A stretch of DNA of 61,772 bases, the filler included. It is 7 parts of 7 records of this genome, joined end to end, with 100 filler letters (N's around TTAATTAATTAA, not from the genome) between each part and the next. Parts side by side here need not be neighbours in the genome. Positions count along the whole stretch, not along the records: positions 9,396 to 18,858 come from SRR31156797_24469; positions 18,959 to 28,865 come from SRR31156797_24479; 5 more parts are not named here. One strand, given 5' to 3'. The position numbers and the translations under genes are program-made. The notes below the pieces were generated by a model that was not told the origin of the DNA, searched no databases, and was given only the letters and a program-made list of their open reading frames with translations. The first letter of the stretch is position 1. Each line of letters begins with the position of its first letter. Below are positions 9,296-19,297 of this stretch, one piece after another.

Positions 9296-9395
9296 NNNNN
9301 NNNNNNNNNNNNNNNNNNNNNNNNNNNNNNNNNNNNNNNTTAATTAATTAANNNNNNNNNNNNNNNNNNNNNNNNNNNNNNNNNNNNNNNNNNNN
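9296..9395. other. Artificial contig spacer
   Basis: 100-nt N run containing TTAATTAATTAA. Confidence 0.98.
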
Positions 9396-9560
9396 TCTCC
9401 AAAACTTTTTATGTCGCTTCGCGAAGGGTATCGTATGCAAAGAGACTTCTTTAATATTAAACACTTCGCCGAAGGCGACACGGGATCCTTAAGGCCCTCG
9501 GCCTTAAGCCGCCAAAGGCAAAATCCCCCGACAATCGCCGCCAAAGGCGGCATCAAATCC
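9396..9560. repeat. Palindromic interspersed repeat cluster (Desulfovibrionaceae-style)
   Basis: Several short hairpins: TCGCCGAAGGCGA, CCTTAAGGCC...GGCCTTAAG, GCCGCCAAAGGCGGC. TTAAGCCGCCAAAGGCA is mirrored at 11419-11435. Confidence 0.55.
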
Positions 9561-9570
9561 TGCCTTTATC

Positions 9571-11412
9571 CTAATTCTCAGCAGAATGCAGCCCGCCGGA
9601 TCCGCCATTAAACGAAACGTTCGTCCGTTCCGGGTCCTTATAATTGGATTTGCTGCAATTCCACATGCAGGCACCGCAGTGCACACATTTTTCCCGATCA
9701 AACAACGGAACGCCGCCTTCGGGATTAGTATAAATGGCCTGACCGGAACACGCTTCAATACAGACCTGCTCCCGACATGCCACGCAGGTATCTGGATCAG
9801 CAAAACGAACATGATCAGCATAACCTGGATTGGCCTGAACCTTGCCACCCATAAGCAATGCGTCCTGATGGGACACAAGCAAAGTTCCATCCAATGGAAT
9901 CTCGGGCCAGCCAACACGATCCATGAGCGCATCGTGCAGACTGCTGCCCTTCTTGGCACATTCGGCGCGAATTTCCTGAATCTCGCCTTCCGCGATATAT
10001 CCTTTGTAATACTCTTCAATGGTCGGAATACGATCCTGTGGTTTGATCTGCTTACCGGGCATATTAAACGCCCCGTTGGTCAAGCCGGTCATTCCCATGC
10101 CAAGAAATCCCCGAACCACGGACTTGGTAAAACCTTCACGGGCCTTTTCCGCCACCTTGGCCTCTTCCTCCACCCATGACTCACGTCGTTTGGCGACATA
10201 CGTGGCTTCAAGATTCTCCTTGGAAAATTCCTTGCCGTCTTTCAACAACTCCAGCACGGATTCGCCAAGCTGAACACCTGTAGCCCATGCCTCATCAACA
10301 CCGGAACCAGACAAAATGTTGGTGGAACCGGAACCTTCGCCGATCCGAGCGAAACCGTCACCACACAGAATAGGCTCGCCACGCTTGCCGGATTCGTTCA
10401 GAGACTTTGCGCCCCAGGATCGCATGGTACCGCCCTTAAGACGCTTCCAAAGGTATGGATGCATCATCCAATGCTGCATATAACGGTACGCGGTACGCAC
10501 AGGGTTATCGAACCACGACGGCACAAAAATACCGAGAGAAGCGACGTTGCCGGGATAAACATAAAGAAAACCGAAAATTTCAGGTTCAGGATAACCAATG
10601 GTATGAAGCACTGTTCCGGGTTCCCAATCACACCCTTCTGGCAGGTCAACCACACACTTCATGCCCACGGCCCACTCACGCTGATGATTGCCTTCAGGCA
10701 GACCAAGATTGCGGTCGAGATGTTGCCCCACTGGACCAACAGGACCGTCGGCAACGACTGTCAGAGCAGCCTTCATATCCATACCGGGCATGAATCCTGC
10801 GCCGGGAGTGCCGTCTTTTTCCACCCCTTGATCAGCCATGCGCACACCCTTGACGGTCTTGCCGTCCATGAGTGGTTCTGCCACCGGGCTGGAAGGCCAA
10901 ACCTGAGCCAAACCTGTACCCATCAAATTGCCGCCTACCCACTGGTTAAGCTGGCCAATGGAAAAGATCATCCCCGGATGCTTTTCCAAAAACGGTGGGA
11001 TGTACGGCAACTCGAAAGCGTCATCTTTCATCCATCGGGAAAGCATTTTGTCCGCCATCTTGAATGCGGATGGCCTGCGGCTCGCGCCCACCGGGTCCTT
11101 AAGATACAGAACTTTTTCACTGGTGACTTCATGAGCCATGGGAATCTGCGAAAGATCGAGATCAGGAAAACTCGCCTTGATGGAGCGTCCCTTAGTGACC
11201 ACGCCGGACACACCGAAACCGATGTCGTCAGCGCGTTCATAGCAGATTACCTGCGGCGGCATACCGGGCATGGCCTTGGATTCGGCCACGGGTGTGCCAT
11301 CTTCGTTCATGAGACCACGGGTCAAGGTGGTCAAGAAACCACCCGCTGCCGGGCCGAAACCGACACAAACGATATCAGTCTCCATTGCTGCTCTGGGAGT
11401 CTCGTCGCTCAT
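9571..11412 (-). CDS. ETF:quinone oxidoreductase / FixC-FixX fusion flavoprotein
   Basis: N-terminal FAD motif VGFGPAAG, ADG, IGEGSG; C-terminal ferredoxin CVAC..C..AC and CVHCGAC..C. Confidence 0.85.
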   Translation of the reverse strand: MSDETPRAAMETDIVCVGFGPAAGGFLTTLTRGLMNEDGTPVAESKAMPGMPPQVICYERADDIGFGVSGVVTKGRSIKASFPDLDLSQIPMAHEVTSEKVLYLKDPVGASRRPSAFKMADKMLSRWMKDDAFELPYIPPFLEKHPGMIFSIGQLNQWVGGNLMGTGLAQVWPSSPVAEPLMDGKTVKGVRMADQGVEKDGTPGAGFMPGMDMKAALTVVADGPVGPVGQHLDRNLGLPEGNHQREWAVGMKCVVDLPEGCDWEPGTVLHTIGYPEPEIFGFLYVYPGNVASLGIFVPSWFDNPVRTAYRYMQHWMMHPYLWKRLKGGTMRSWGAKSLNESGKRGEPILCGDGFARIGEGSGSTNILSGSGVDEAWATGVQLGESVLELLKDGKEFSKENLEATYVAKRRESWVEEEAKVAEKAREGFTKSVVRGFLGMGMTGLTNGAFNMPGKQIKPQDRIPTIEEYYKGYIAEGEIQEIRAECAKKGSSLHDALMDRVGWPEIPLDGTLLVSHQDALLMGGKVQANPGYADHVRFADPDTCVACREQVCIEACSGQAIYTNPEGGVPLFDREKCVHCGACMWNCSKSNYKDPERTNVSFNGGSGGLHSAEN

Positions 11413-11418
11413 AAAAAA

Positions 11419-11475
11419 TGCCTCCGGCGGCTTAAGAACCCTTTAAAAAGGGTGCTTAAGAATCTCCTAAACTTT
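11419..11475. repeat. Palindromic repeat TGCCTCCGGCGGCTTAAGAACCCTTTAAAAAGGGTGCTTAAG
   Basis: Internal inverted repeat. Its end supplies GGAGG 8 nt upstream of the ETF-QO start codon. Confidence 0.55.
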
Positions 11476-11615
11476 GTGTATAAAACGCCGCTGGAAAAAT
11501 TGTTAAAATCATTTCATTCTACTGCGGCGTTTTGAGTCATTGCTGTTACAACAGGACTATTACTTGAATTCAAATTTCCTTGAAACCGATTAAGTGTATT
11601 CAATAGGCTTCAAAG

Positions 11616-11658
11616 AAAAAAAGCGAGGAGGAAACTCGTTACCAAGTTTCCCCCTCGC
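11616..11658 (-). terminator. Intrinsic terminator after the acyl-CoA dehydrogenase
   Basis: Minus strand GCGAGGGGGAAAC...GTTTCCTCCTCGC followed by a U run. Confidence 0.7.
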
Positions 11659-11665
11659 ACAATTT

Positions 11666-13777
11666 TTAGCCTATGGGATAATCAAGGGCTTCCGGGATCA
11701 TAACACCGGCCAGCGCATTACCTGCACGATCTTTTGCCATGCGGGAACCAGCCATGCACATATCAACCTTGGCCTTAATTTCGCGGAACTGCGCCAAATC
11801 TTCACGACCTGTGCATTCAGGCCGCACACCGGGCTCGGCAGTCGGCTCATTACAGCAACAAGTGTTGAAACCGTACACCAATTCGGTACAAATACGGGCA
11901 ACTTCACCAGCGGCGCGAGCGGCCTGGATATGACACAAATCCTTATAGAATCCGGTCAGATCTTCAAGTCCTTCTGCCAAAGTCGGAGACATAGAACCTT
12001 TTTCGATCAGCTCCATGACATCCGTAGCCAGATAGTAAGGTCCAAGCAACCAGCCAAGCGCATCAGCCAGCGGGAAGGTCACACCCTGCCGCTTGTTATG
12101 ATACAACTTACGCCCATCGTCGTCCTTGGCAACCTTGAGATGATTAAGTGTCCACTGCCAAAGCTCCATGGCGGAAGCGATGACATATCCACCCAGCCCC
12201 GGCACGTTCTTTCCGGCGGCCTGCATCTGCTTCACCCAATTGTCCATGATATGCTGGAAGACTTCCGAGGTCATGGTCATGGTCAAATGGCGACGCTGCA
12301 CAGCTTCCGGCCCTTCATAGGTAGCTTCAAGCTGACAATCCGACCACTTCTGCATCAGGAAGCCGGGGCAATCTTCGGTAATACCGTAACCACCAACCAG
12401 AGCCACGGCTTCGCGCATCTTGTTGGCACCTTCACCGGTATTCCAGAGCTTGACGCCCGGATTGAGGACACCTGCTAACGCTTCCATGTAGGCGTACTGG
12501 ACTAGCGTGTCACCTTGCAATTCTGCATAACGAGCCTGATCGCGCTCGGCTTCGGAGGTGTACTCAAGATCGATAAATTCACATACCTGATCCTTGAGTT
12601 TGCGAAGGACTGCCATCTGCTTACGAACAGAGGGAATTCCTTCTGCCTCGAAATGAGCTTCCTTGGCCTTCTCGATAGGATCAAAACGGTCAGCCAGACG
12701 AGAGGCGCCGAATGCCAAAGAACATCCAGCTTCGCCGGATGCCCAGACATCGGCCAGACGCTGAAGTGCATCTTCGTTGATCTGGAGCCCCTTGTCGAAA
12801 CGGGGAGAACCTTCGGTACAGGCATCACCACCGCGGAAGCGGTTGCGGTGATACCGAATAACCGGCTCAACAGCGGAAATAAGCTTGGCCGAAGTCATCA
12901 GGCCTACGGGAATACGGGTACGGTGGAAAACCGCACCGATAATTTCGGAATGGTTGTATTTGGGAACGATCACGCCGTCGACCACATCGTAACCACCGAT
13001 AATACGGGAAGCCGGAACCTTAAGATTCAACACGGGATCACGAGTGGAAGAAAGCTGGTGAACCATTTTCAAAGTCGGTGCACCTCGATCAAAAACACCT
13101 TCATCGGTGTCTTCAAGGATGACCATGAACGTCCCCTTGATGCGATCGTCTTTGGATTCAACGGCAGCGGTCACGAAGTTGGCAAAATCCATATTCGTGA
13201 TAAACCGACCACGTTTGTCGATCTGGAGCATCGGCTCTTCATCTTCGGTCCAATCGGCCACGGAAGCCTTGCCGCACAATACGCCGGTATCAACGCCCAC
13301 GTATGGCAACGGTTCGGTCAAAGCAAATGCGCCACGCCAGATTTCACGATCTTCACCCGGTTGGGGTGGAACGCACTTGGCCATATAAAAATCACGTTGC
13401 TCAGGGGTGCCCTTCTCATGAATAGGCGCAAGAGCCAGATTGGAAGCCAACGAAGATGTTGCGGCACCGGCATCGACCCAGGCCAATTCGAAAGCGACCA
13501 GAGCCAAAGCGAAGTTCTTGGGACCTTCGATGAATCCACCCTGATGGGGGTCCATAAACAGTGCGGTCAAACCGGACTGATCGAATGCAGTGAGAAGATC
13601 ATTCTTCTGTTCGGTCCATTCGTGTGTATTGCGTGCGCCTTCGGCCACGAGTTTGGCAACTGTGCTTCGAGCAATAGCGCGGGCGGATTGCACCGACATC
13701 TGGAGGTCGAAACGCTCGGCAAAACGCCACATGATCTGACGGACGTCATCTCCCGGAAGAGTACGCAGTGTGTACAT
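11666..13777 (-). CDS. Large acyl-CoA dehydrogenase family protein
   Basis: 703 aa; GAFALTEP, RFITN, GGYGITED, and TYEGP with the catalytic Glu in the usual position. Confidence 0.9.
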   Translation of the reverse strand: MYTLRTLPGDDVRQIMWRFAERFDLQMSVQSARAIARSTVAKLVAEGARNTHEWTEQKNDLLTAFDQSGLTALFMDPHQGGFIEGPKNFALALVAFELAWVDAGAATSSLASNLALAPIHEKGTPEQRDFYMAKCVPPQPGEDREIWRGAFALTEPLPYVGVDTGVLCGKASVADWTEDEEPMLQIDKRGRFITNMDFANFVTAAVESKDDRIKGTFMVILEDTDEGVFDRGAPTLKMVHQLSSTRDPVLNLKVPASRIIGGYDVVDGVIVPKYNHSEIIGAVFHRTRIPVGLMTSAKLISAVEPVIRYHRNRFRGGDACTEGSPRFDKGLQINEDALQRLADVWASGEAGCSLAFGASRLADRFDPIEKAKEAHFEAEGIPSVRKQMAVLRKLKDQVCEFIDLEYTSEAERDQARYAELQGDTLVQYAYMEALAGVLNPGVKLWNTGEGANKMREAVALVGGYGITEDCPGFLMQKWSDCQLEATYEGPEAVQRRHLTMTMTSEVFQHIMDNWVKQMQAAGKNVPGLGGYVIASAMELWQWTLNHLKVAKDDDGRKLYHNKRQGVTFPLADALGWLLGPYYLATDVMELIEKGSMSPTLAEGLEDLTGFYKDLCHIQAARAAGEVARICTELVYGFNTCCCNEPTAEPGVRPECTGREDLAQFREIKAKVDMCMAGSRMAKDRAGNALAGVMIPEALDYPIG

Positions 13778-14045
13778 AAGTATCTTTCCTGAAAAGTTGA
13801 TTGAGTGCTATTTTTATAGTGATCAGTAATAGTCGGCGACGATAGGCCATTGTCATATGCGAGTCAAAGTCTTTTTGGGTTTAAAACGAGTGTTTCAGCG
13901 GCTTCCCGGGCTTTTCCTTCTAGGCGTGCCGAATGACTACAAACAACATGCTTAACGATTTCCTCAAATGCAACAGTCGGGAATAATGAAAATTTTGACA
14001 TCACCGCCCAATCACTGCAATATCATACACTCATAATCAGGCGGT

Positions 14046-17000
14046 ATGCCCACAATGGATAACAAAAAAAACACTATACAAACCATAACTGACTCCATCC
14101 GGGAATTTGCAACAGATTCCATACTTTCTGACGGCCCCGGCATAGGTGAACTGACATCTGAATTCATCAAATGGTGTAACGATACATCCCCTCCCCTTCA
14201 AAATGACGCCGCCTTTCGTGCTGATATAGTCCTGTCTTTCAACAGTATCGCAAAAAAAACCACTGATATACAAACAGTCCAGCACTGTTTGCAGGCCATG
14301 ATTCGCTCAGGGCGATTCGGCCGTATCGTATCTGGCCGTTTTATCCTTGCCAAAACGGTCTCGCTGCACAAACTGGATGCCAAAATTTCAAGCTGGCCCG
14401 TACGCGACAGACTGGCCATTGCCCATGAAATGCTCAACGAATACCCGGGGGATAACGACAAGGAGACCCTCACATGGCTGGAAAATCTGCTCAAACCGCT
14501 CATGGCTACGGACCCTGTAGAATTGGCACCTTTTGTGGCTGAACTCGGTGAAACAGGAGAAACTTTGGCCTTCCCTGTCAGGCAGGCCGTAATGGGTGGA
14601 TTACTGGGACGATGGATCAACACCCGACTCTCCAATGGGACTCATGGAGCAGAACTGCACCAGATATGCCTGATCATAAAGGCTATCGATGATGCATCAT
14701 ACGCCGAAGCCTTGGCCAAATCGGTGGAACTCAAACATATTCAGCCTGATGTAGAAGTTCTTCGCACCATCGCCACCGTCGGTGAAGCCGGGAAAAAAAC
14801 GATTCTGACCATGCTTTTCAAAACCCTTTCAGACGCTTCAAACGGTTTGTCTGGGGCATGTCTCGACGCCATTATAGCGCAAAACCATCCAGGACTCGGT
14901 AAGCTGCTTGCCTCAATCCGCACCCAAATGCCCAGCCTAAAGAAAGGGGTTATCTCACGCATTCCACTGCTTGGAGACACCGGGTATGCTGATTATATTC
15001 AAGCCCTTCCCAATGATCAGCAAATGGACGCTCATCTTGAGGCTTTGGGAGTATTGGAAGCCATTGCTCCCGATTTTGTTCGAAATGTTACCAAACAGTG
15101 CATGCCTCGCGGCCAAAAAATCCATCCCAAAGGAAGTAATAGCTTCCCCGATGTCACACCAAAACCGAAAAACGAAACAGTTGGGGCTCAACAGGGCTTT
15201 TTTACAAAATTCTTCAAAAGCAAACCCAAAACACTGGAATCAGTTCTTCCTAAATACCGAAACATTCGCGACATGAGTCTTCCCAACTCTCACATTGAAG
15301 ATGAAGACCTTGATGGACGAGATTTGACCAAACTGAATCTTACTGGCTCCATGTTTTCGAAGACCCGGTTCATCCGCACCAAAGTCACCAACTCAACGCT
15401 CAACGACACGGTATTTTTCCTGTGCCAATGTACGGCCTCGACCTTCAACAGCATCGACTTCACAGACACACAATTCGCCAAAACAACATTCAGCGGCTGT
15501 ACGTTCACAAATTGTACTTTTTTTGCCACAAATTTTGATGATTGCACTTTTCTGGAATGTCGATTCCACGACTGCTCTTTTGGCAATACTTCGTTCCAAC
15601 GCATGAAAATGCGTAAGACCGACTTTGGAACCGGCTCGCTTGCTGGAACAACCATTCATGACTGCAGTATCCGCACGACCCGCTTCAAGGCTATGGACCT
15701 GACTTTCAGTGAATTCGTACACAATGACTTACGCGGTGTGGAATTTATCAACTCGGTTCTCCACGCTGTTTACATACGGGACTGCACCCTCGCCTCGATG
15801 GAAATGCCGGGAACCACGGTCACCCGCTCCATCATCAAAAATTCCGATGTGGCACACCCTCTGTTTCTAGCTAACCGCATCCGTCAAATGACACTCTTTG
15901 CCAGAGAAGTGGAAAAAGGAGTCATCCCCAAAACATCGGAAACCGACCCTTTTCTGGCTCAAAAGGCGCTTACGATATGGTCGCAGGAACTGACCCTAAT
16001 GCGTCGTGAACGGCGCATGCTCGACAACAACCGCACACGAATTTCTCGCGCCATCACAACCATGGGTCGCACCCAGCAGGAATTCATCCGCATACTTCCC
16101 CTGCTTTTGGATACAGACAATTTCGAACGAAAATTCAATTTCGGCGAAACCCCGATATGTCGAGTCTGGGGATATTATCCCAGTTTGAGTACTCTCGAAA
16201 TTGGACAACAACACCTTAACAGGCTTCAACTTCGTCCAACAGCACCAGACGTTCGCATCCTCGCTCTTTACGCCATGGGCAGCACAGGTACTGTTGCACA
16301 AACGGCCCAATCAGATTTTGACTGCTGGGTGTGTTATGATGGTGACCTGACCATCGCCATGGAAAACGGCCTCAAACGAAAACTGGAAGCCATAGCTTTG
16401 TGGGCGGAAAGCGAATTCGGTCTGGAGACTCACTTCTATCCCATGCGCATGGACGATGTACGCGACAATCGATTCCTGTCTGGCGACGAAGAGAGTTCCG
16501 GTTCAGCACAGGTTCTCCTTCTCAAGGAAGAATTTTATCGGACCGCACTCAAAATAGCAGGTAGAAGTCTTGCGTGGTGGGTCGTTCCGGCCGGAGCCAA
16601 TCGAAAAACATATGACGCATGCATCCGTGCATCCCGACGCTATCCGGTCTGCGGAAAACCACGTCTGGAAGATTTCGGATATCTCGCTCCAGTTCCACCT
16701 GATGAATATTTCGGAGGGTCCCTCTGGCAAATGGTCAAGGCTGTGCACGCACCATTCAAATCCGTACTCAAACTAGGCCTGCTTGAGACTTATGCGGCAC
16801 CTGGAATTTCATCGCTCCCATTGTGCGAACGGATCAAACACAACATCGTCGGCAACAGAAGAGGCAAGCTGGACACAGACCCATACACCGCCCTGTTCAC
16901 CACCCTGCACGACTATTATCTCAAACGAAATGAAGATAACGCCGCAGCCCTGCTCAAGGAATCATTCCGGCTCAAGGCCAATCTGTCGAACGTCCCATTT

Positions 17001-17891
17001 TTCATGAATCTGCCCACACGACCAGAAGATGAAAGTCTTATCTCTGTACTCTTCGGTGTTGGCTATGTGGAACCAGACCGCATTGCCGGAGTCAACCGAT
17101 CATGGTCATTCAGCAAATCTCTCAAAATGGGTTCACGAGTCCGGCAATATATGGTGGACACCTACCAACGGATTCAGTCCGGGCTTTCAACAGAAGGTGC
17201 GACCAAAGCGCACATCAATTCAGAAGATCTCACTCGAATGGGTCGCCGAATCGGGGCCAATTTTTCACGAAAAGCGCATAAAATCATGCGGGTGCCGTTC
17301 ATGGATACGACTGAAAATGGATTCCCCATTCTGCATTTTTCCGCAATCAAACATTCTCATAAACCACCTGTCTGGGTCGTTCGTGGCGGCTCTGCCGTGG
17401 AAGCCAAACAATCAGCGGAAGCCTTGCAACTTCTCCACCGAAACGTAGACCCCGTTCGCATGCTCGCATGGCTGCTTGCCAACCGAATCTATCATCCGAA
17501 AAGCCTCCTCCAGGCCGACAGGTCCATCGCGCCCATCTCCGTGGCAGACTTGCAAAAACTCATGCCCGCCTTGCACAGTTTCTTCCCATTTGACACGACA
17601 TTTGAACGCGATATCAACGAAGGACTCAACCCGGAACAGGTTACACGCGCTTTCTTCATCCTCAACCTGACCACTCCGCATGACACCAGACGGATTGATA
17701 AGGCAGCCGTCGTATACGCCACTAATTGGGGTGAAATGTATTGCCGCACCTTCGTTCACCCCGGCCAGATGTTCGAAAAAAACCCATCTCTTTTCCTGGC
17801 CCAAAAACTCGATCAACCGATTATTGAAAAGCCGGAAATGTCCATGTTCCTTCCCAAGGGATCGCAATGTAAAAGGATCACTCTGGTATAG
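14046..17891 (+). CDS. Class I adenylate cyclase with N-terminal helical region and pentapeptide repeats
   Basis: Pentapeptide block at about aa 410-600; CyaA-type motifs YAMGSTGTVAQ..SDFDCW, GSAQVLLLKEEFYRT, EYFGGSLWQ, PFKSVLK. Confidence 0.9.
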   Translation: MPTMDNKKNTIQTITDSIREFATDSILSDGPGIGELTSEFIKWCNDTSPPLQNDAAFRADIVLSFNSIAKKTTDIQTVQHCLQAMIRSGRFGRIVSGRFILAKTVSLHKLDAKISSWPVRDRLAIAHEMLNEYPGDNDKETLTWLENLLKPLMATDPVELAPFVAELGETGETLAFPVRQAVMGGLLGRWINTRLSNGTHGAELHQICLIIKAIDDASYAEALAKSVELKHIQPDVEVLRTIATVGEAGKKTILTMLFKTLSDASNGLSGACLDAIIAQNHPGLGKLLASIRTQMPSLKKGVISRIPLLGDTGYADYIQALPNDQQMDAHLEALGVLEAIAPDFVRNVTKQCMPRGQKIHPKGSNSFPDVTPKPKNETVGAQQGFFTKFFKSKPKTLESVLPKYRNIRDMSLPNSHIEDEDLDGRDLTKLNLTGSMFSKTRFIRTKVTNSTLNDTVFFLCQCTASTFNSIDFTDTQFAKTTFSGCTFTNCTFFATNFDDCTFLECRFHDCSFGNTSFQRMKMRKTDFGTGSLAGTTIHDCSIRTTRFKAMDLTFSEFVHNDLRGVEFINSVLHAVYIRDCTLASMEMPGTTVTRSIIKNSDVAHPLFLANRIRQMTLFAREVEKGVIPKTSETDPFLAQKALTIWSQELTLMRRERRMLDNNRTRISRAITTMGRTQQEFIRILPLLLDTDNFERKFNFGETPICRVWGYYPSLSTLEIGQQHLNRLQLRPTAPDVRILALYAMGSTGTVAQTAQSDFDCWVCYDGDLTIAMENGLKRKLEAIALWAESEFGLETHFYPMRMDDVRDNRFLSGDEESSGSAQVLLLKEEFYRTALKIAGRSLAWWVVPAGANRKTYDACIRASRRYPVCGKPRLEDFGYLAPVPPDEYFGGSLWQMVKAVHAPFKSVLKLGLLETYAAPGISSLPLCERIKHNIVGNRRGKLDTDPYTALFTTLHDYYLKRNEDNAAALLKESFRLKANLSNVPFFMNLPTRPEDESLISVLFGVGYVEPDRIAGVNRSWSFSKSLKMGSRVRQYMVDTYQRIQSGLSTEGATKAHINSEDLTRMGRRIGANFSRKAHKIMRVPFMDTTENGFPILHFSAIKHSHKPPVWVVRGGSAVEAKQSAEALQLLHRNVDPVRMLAWLLANRIYHPKSLLQADRSIAPISVADLQKLMPALHSFFPFDTTFERDINEGLNPEQVTRAFFILNLTTPHDTRRIDKAAVVYATNWGEMYCRTFVHPGQMFEKNPSLFLAQKLDQPIIEKPEMSMFLPKGSQCKRITLV

Positions 17892-18084
17892 TTTATCCTT
17901 TCAACTGAATACAGCTATCGTATCTCCCTACCATAGCAAGTCAATCCTCCTTATTAGGACTTTTTATCGACAATTCACGATATATTGTCTATGGAAATGC
18001 GCGCGTTGATGAACGATATTTCGTCAACATGCATTATACCCGATTGTTTTTCTGTTTAACTGCTTTTCAAGGAAAGGATTTTCA

Positions 18085-18858
18085 ATGAAAAAATTTCTGA
18101 CTCTCACTCTAGCCTGCCTTGCGGTCGCCGCTTTCCTCGCCGACCCTGCCATGGCAGCTGATTCGTCCAAGGGTGCTGGCAACGCCAAAATCTTCGGTCT
18201 ACTCACACTGATTCCGCCCGTGGTTGCCATTGTTCTCGCATTCATCACCAAAAACGTCGTACTCTCCCTGTTTCTCGGCGTTTTCTCCGGTTGTTTCATG
18301 CTCGACCTCAAAGGGTGGGATATTTATCACGCTCTGATTGACGCTTTTCTGCGCTTCTCCGGTGAAATTCTTGGCTCACTTGCCGACAGCTGGAACGCCG
18401 GTATCGTACTCCAATGTCTGGCTATCGGTGGACTCATCGCTCTGGTTTCCAAAATGGGTGGAGCAAAGGCCATTGCCGACGCACTGGTCAAAAGGGCAAA
18501 GACTCCGCGCAGCTCCCAGTTTGTCACGTGGCTCATGGGCCTCTTCATCTTCTTTGATGACTACGCCAACTCCCTGACTGTCGGCCCGATCATGCGTCCG
18601 GTCACCGACCGCATGAAAGTTTCCCGTGAAAAACTCGCCTTTATCATCGACGCTACCGCCGCTCCCATCGCAGGCATCGCCTTGATCTCCACATGGGTTG
18701 CCTACGAAGTCGGCCTGATCCGCGACGGCTACCAGATGATTCCGATTGATGCCAATGCGTATGGTGTCTTCGTCGAGACCATTCCCTTCCGTTTTTACAA
18801 CATTTTCATTCTGCTGTTCATCATCTTCACCATCTGGTTCATGCGTGAATTCGGCCCC
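18085..18858 (+). CDS. Na+/H+ antiporter NhaC-family protein (3'-truncated by contig end)
   Basis: LIPPVVAIVLA, IFFDDYAN, SREKLAFIIDATAAP motifs. Confidence 0.88.
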
Positions 18859-18958
18859 NNNNNNNNNNNNNNNNNNNNNNNNNNNNNNNNNNNNNNNNNN
18901 NNTTAATTAATTAANNNNNNNNNNNNNNNNNNNNNNNNNNNNNNNNNNNNNNNNNNNN
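18859..18958. other. Artificial contig spacer
   Basis: 100-nt N run containing TTAATTAATTAA. Confidence 0.98.
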
Positions 18959-18985
18959 TAGGTTCAAATCCTGCCCCCGCTACCA
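18959..18985 (+). tRNA. 3' fragment of a tRNA, most likely initiator tRNA-Met (T arm, acceptor strand, CCA)
   Basis: TAGGTTCAAATCCTGCCCCCGCTACCA matches the 3' end of bacterial tRNA-fMet; the anticodon lies outside the contig. Confidence 0.8.
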
Positions 18986-18994
18986 AAGGATATC

Positions 18995-19035
18995 AAGCGG
19001 TTACATCTAATTAGGTGTAACCGCTTTTCTTTTTT
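18995..19035 (+). terminator. Intrinsic terminator after the tRNA
   Basis: AAGCGGTTACA...TGTAACCGCTT followed by a T-rich tail. Confidence 0.8.
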
Positions 19036-19297
19036 ATATAACAAGAAGAAATGCCCAGCAGATTTTTCTCAAAAAATCTCAAACTTGAATGACCATGTGC
19101 CACCAATCAAGCCAACTTCGTGTCGTGGTCAAGGATAAAAAAAGATCCGCCTAGACACCTACGCACACCCTAAACAGATGGACTGACTGAAGCCAAAGGG
19201 GTAGTATCAGCATAGATTCCCACCTCCCCTACGAAGACTATTCGAAAACGATTTCTATTTTATCAGCGTCATCATACAATCAACTCTGGCGGCCACT

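Noticed and set aside
10459-13792. Long plus-strand ORFs (358, 294, 425 aa) opposite ETF-QO and ACAD
   Set aside because: Antisense shadows of well-supported genes, with no recognisable motifs.
14046-17891. CBASS/Pycsar-like anti-phage cyclase
   Set aside because: Motifs match CyaA class I throughout and there is no adjacent effector; the neighbours are metabolic and transport genes.
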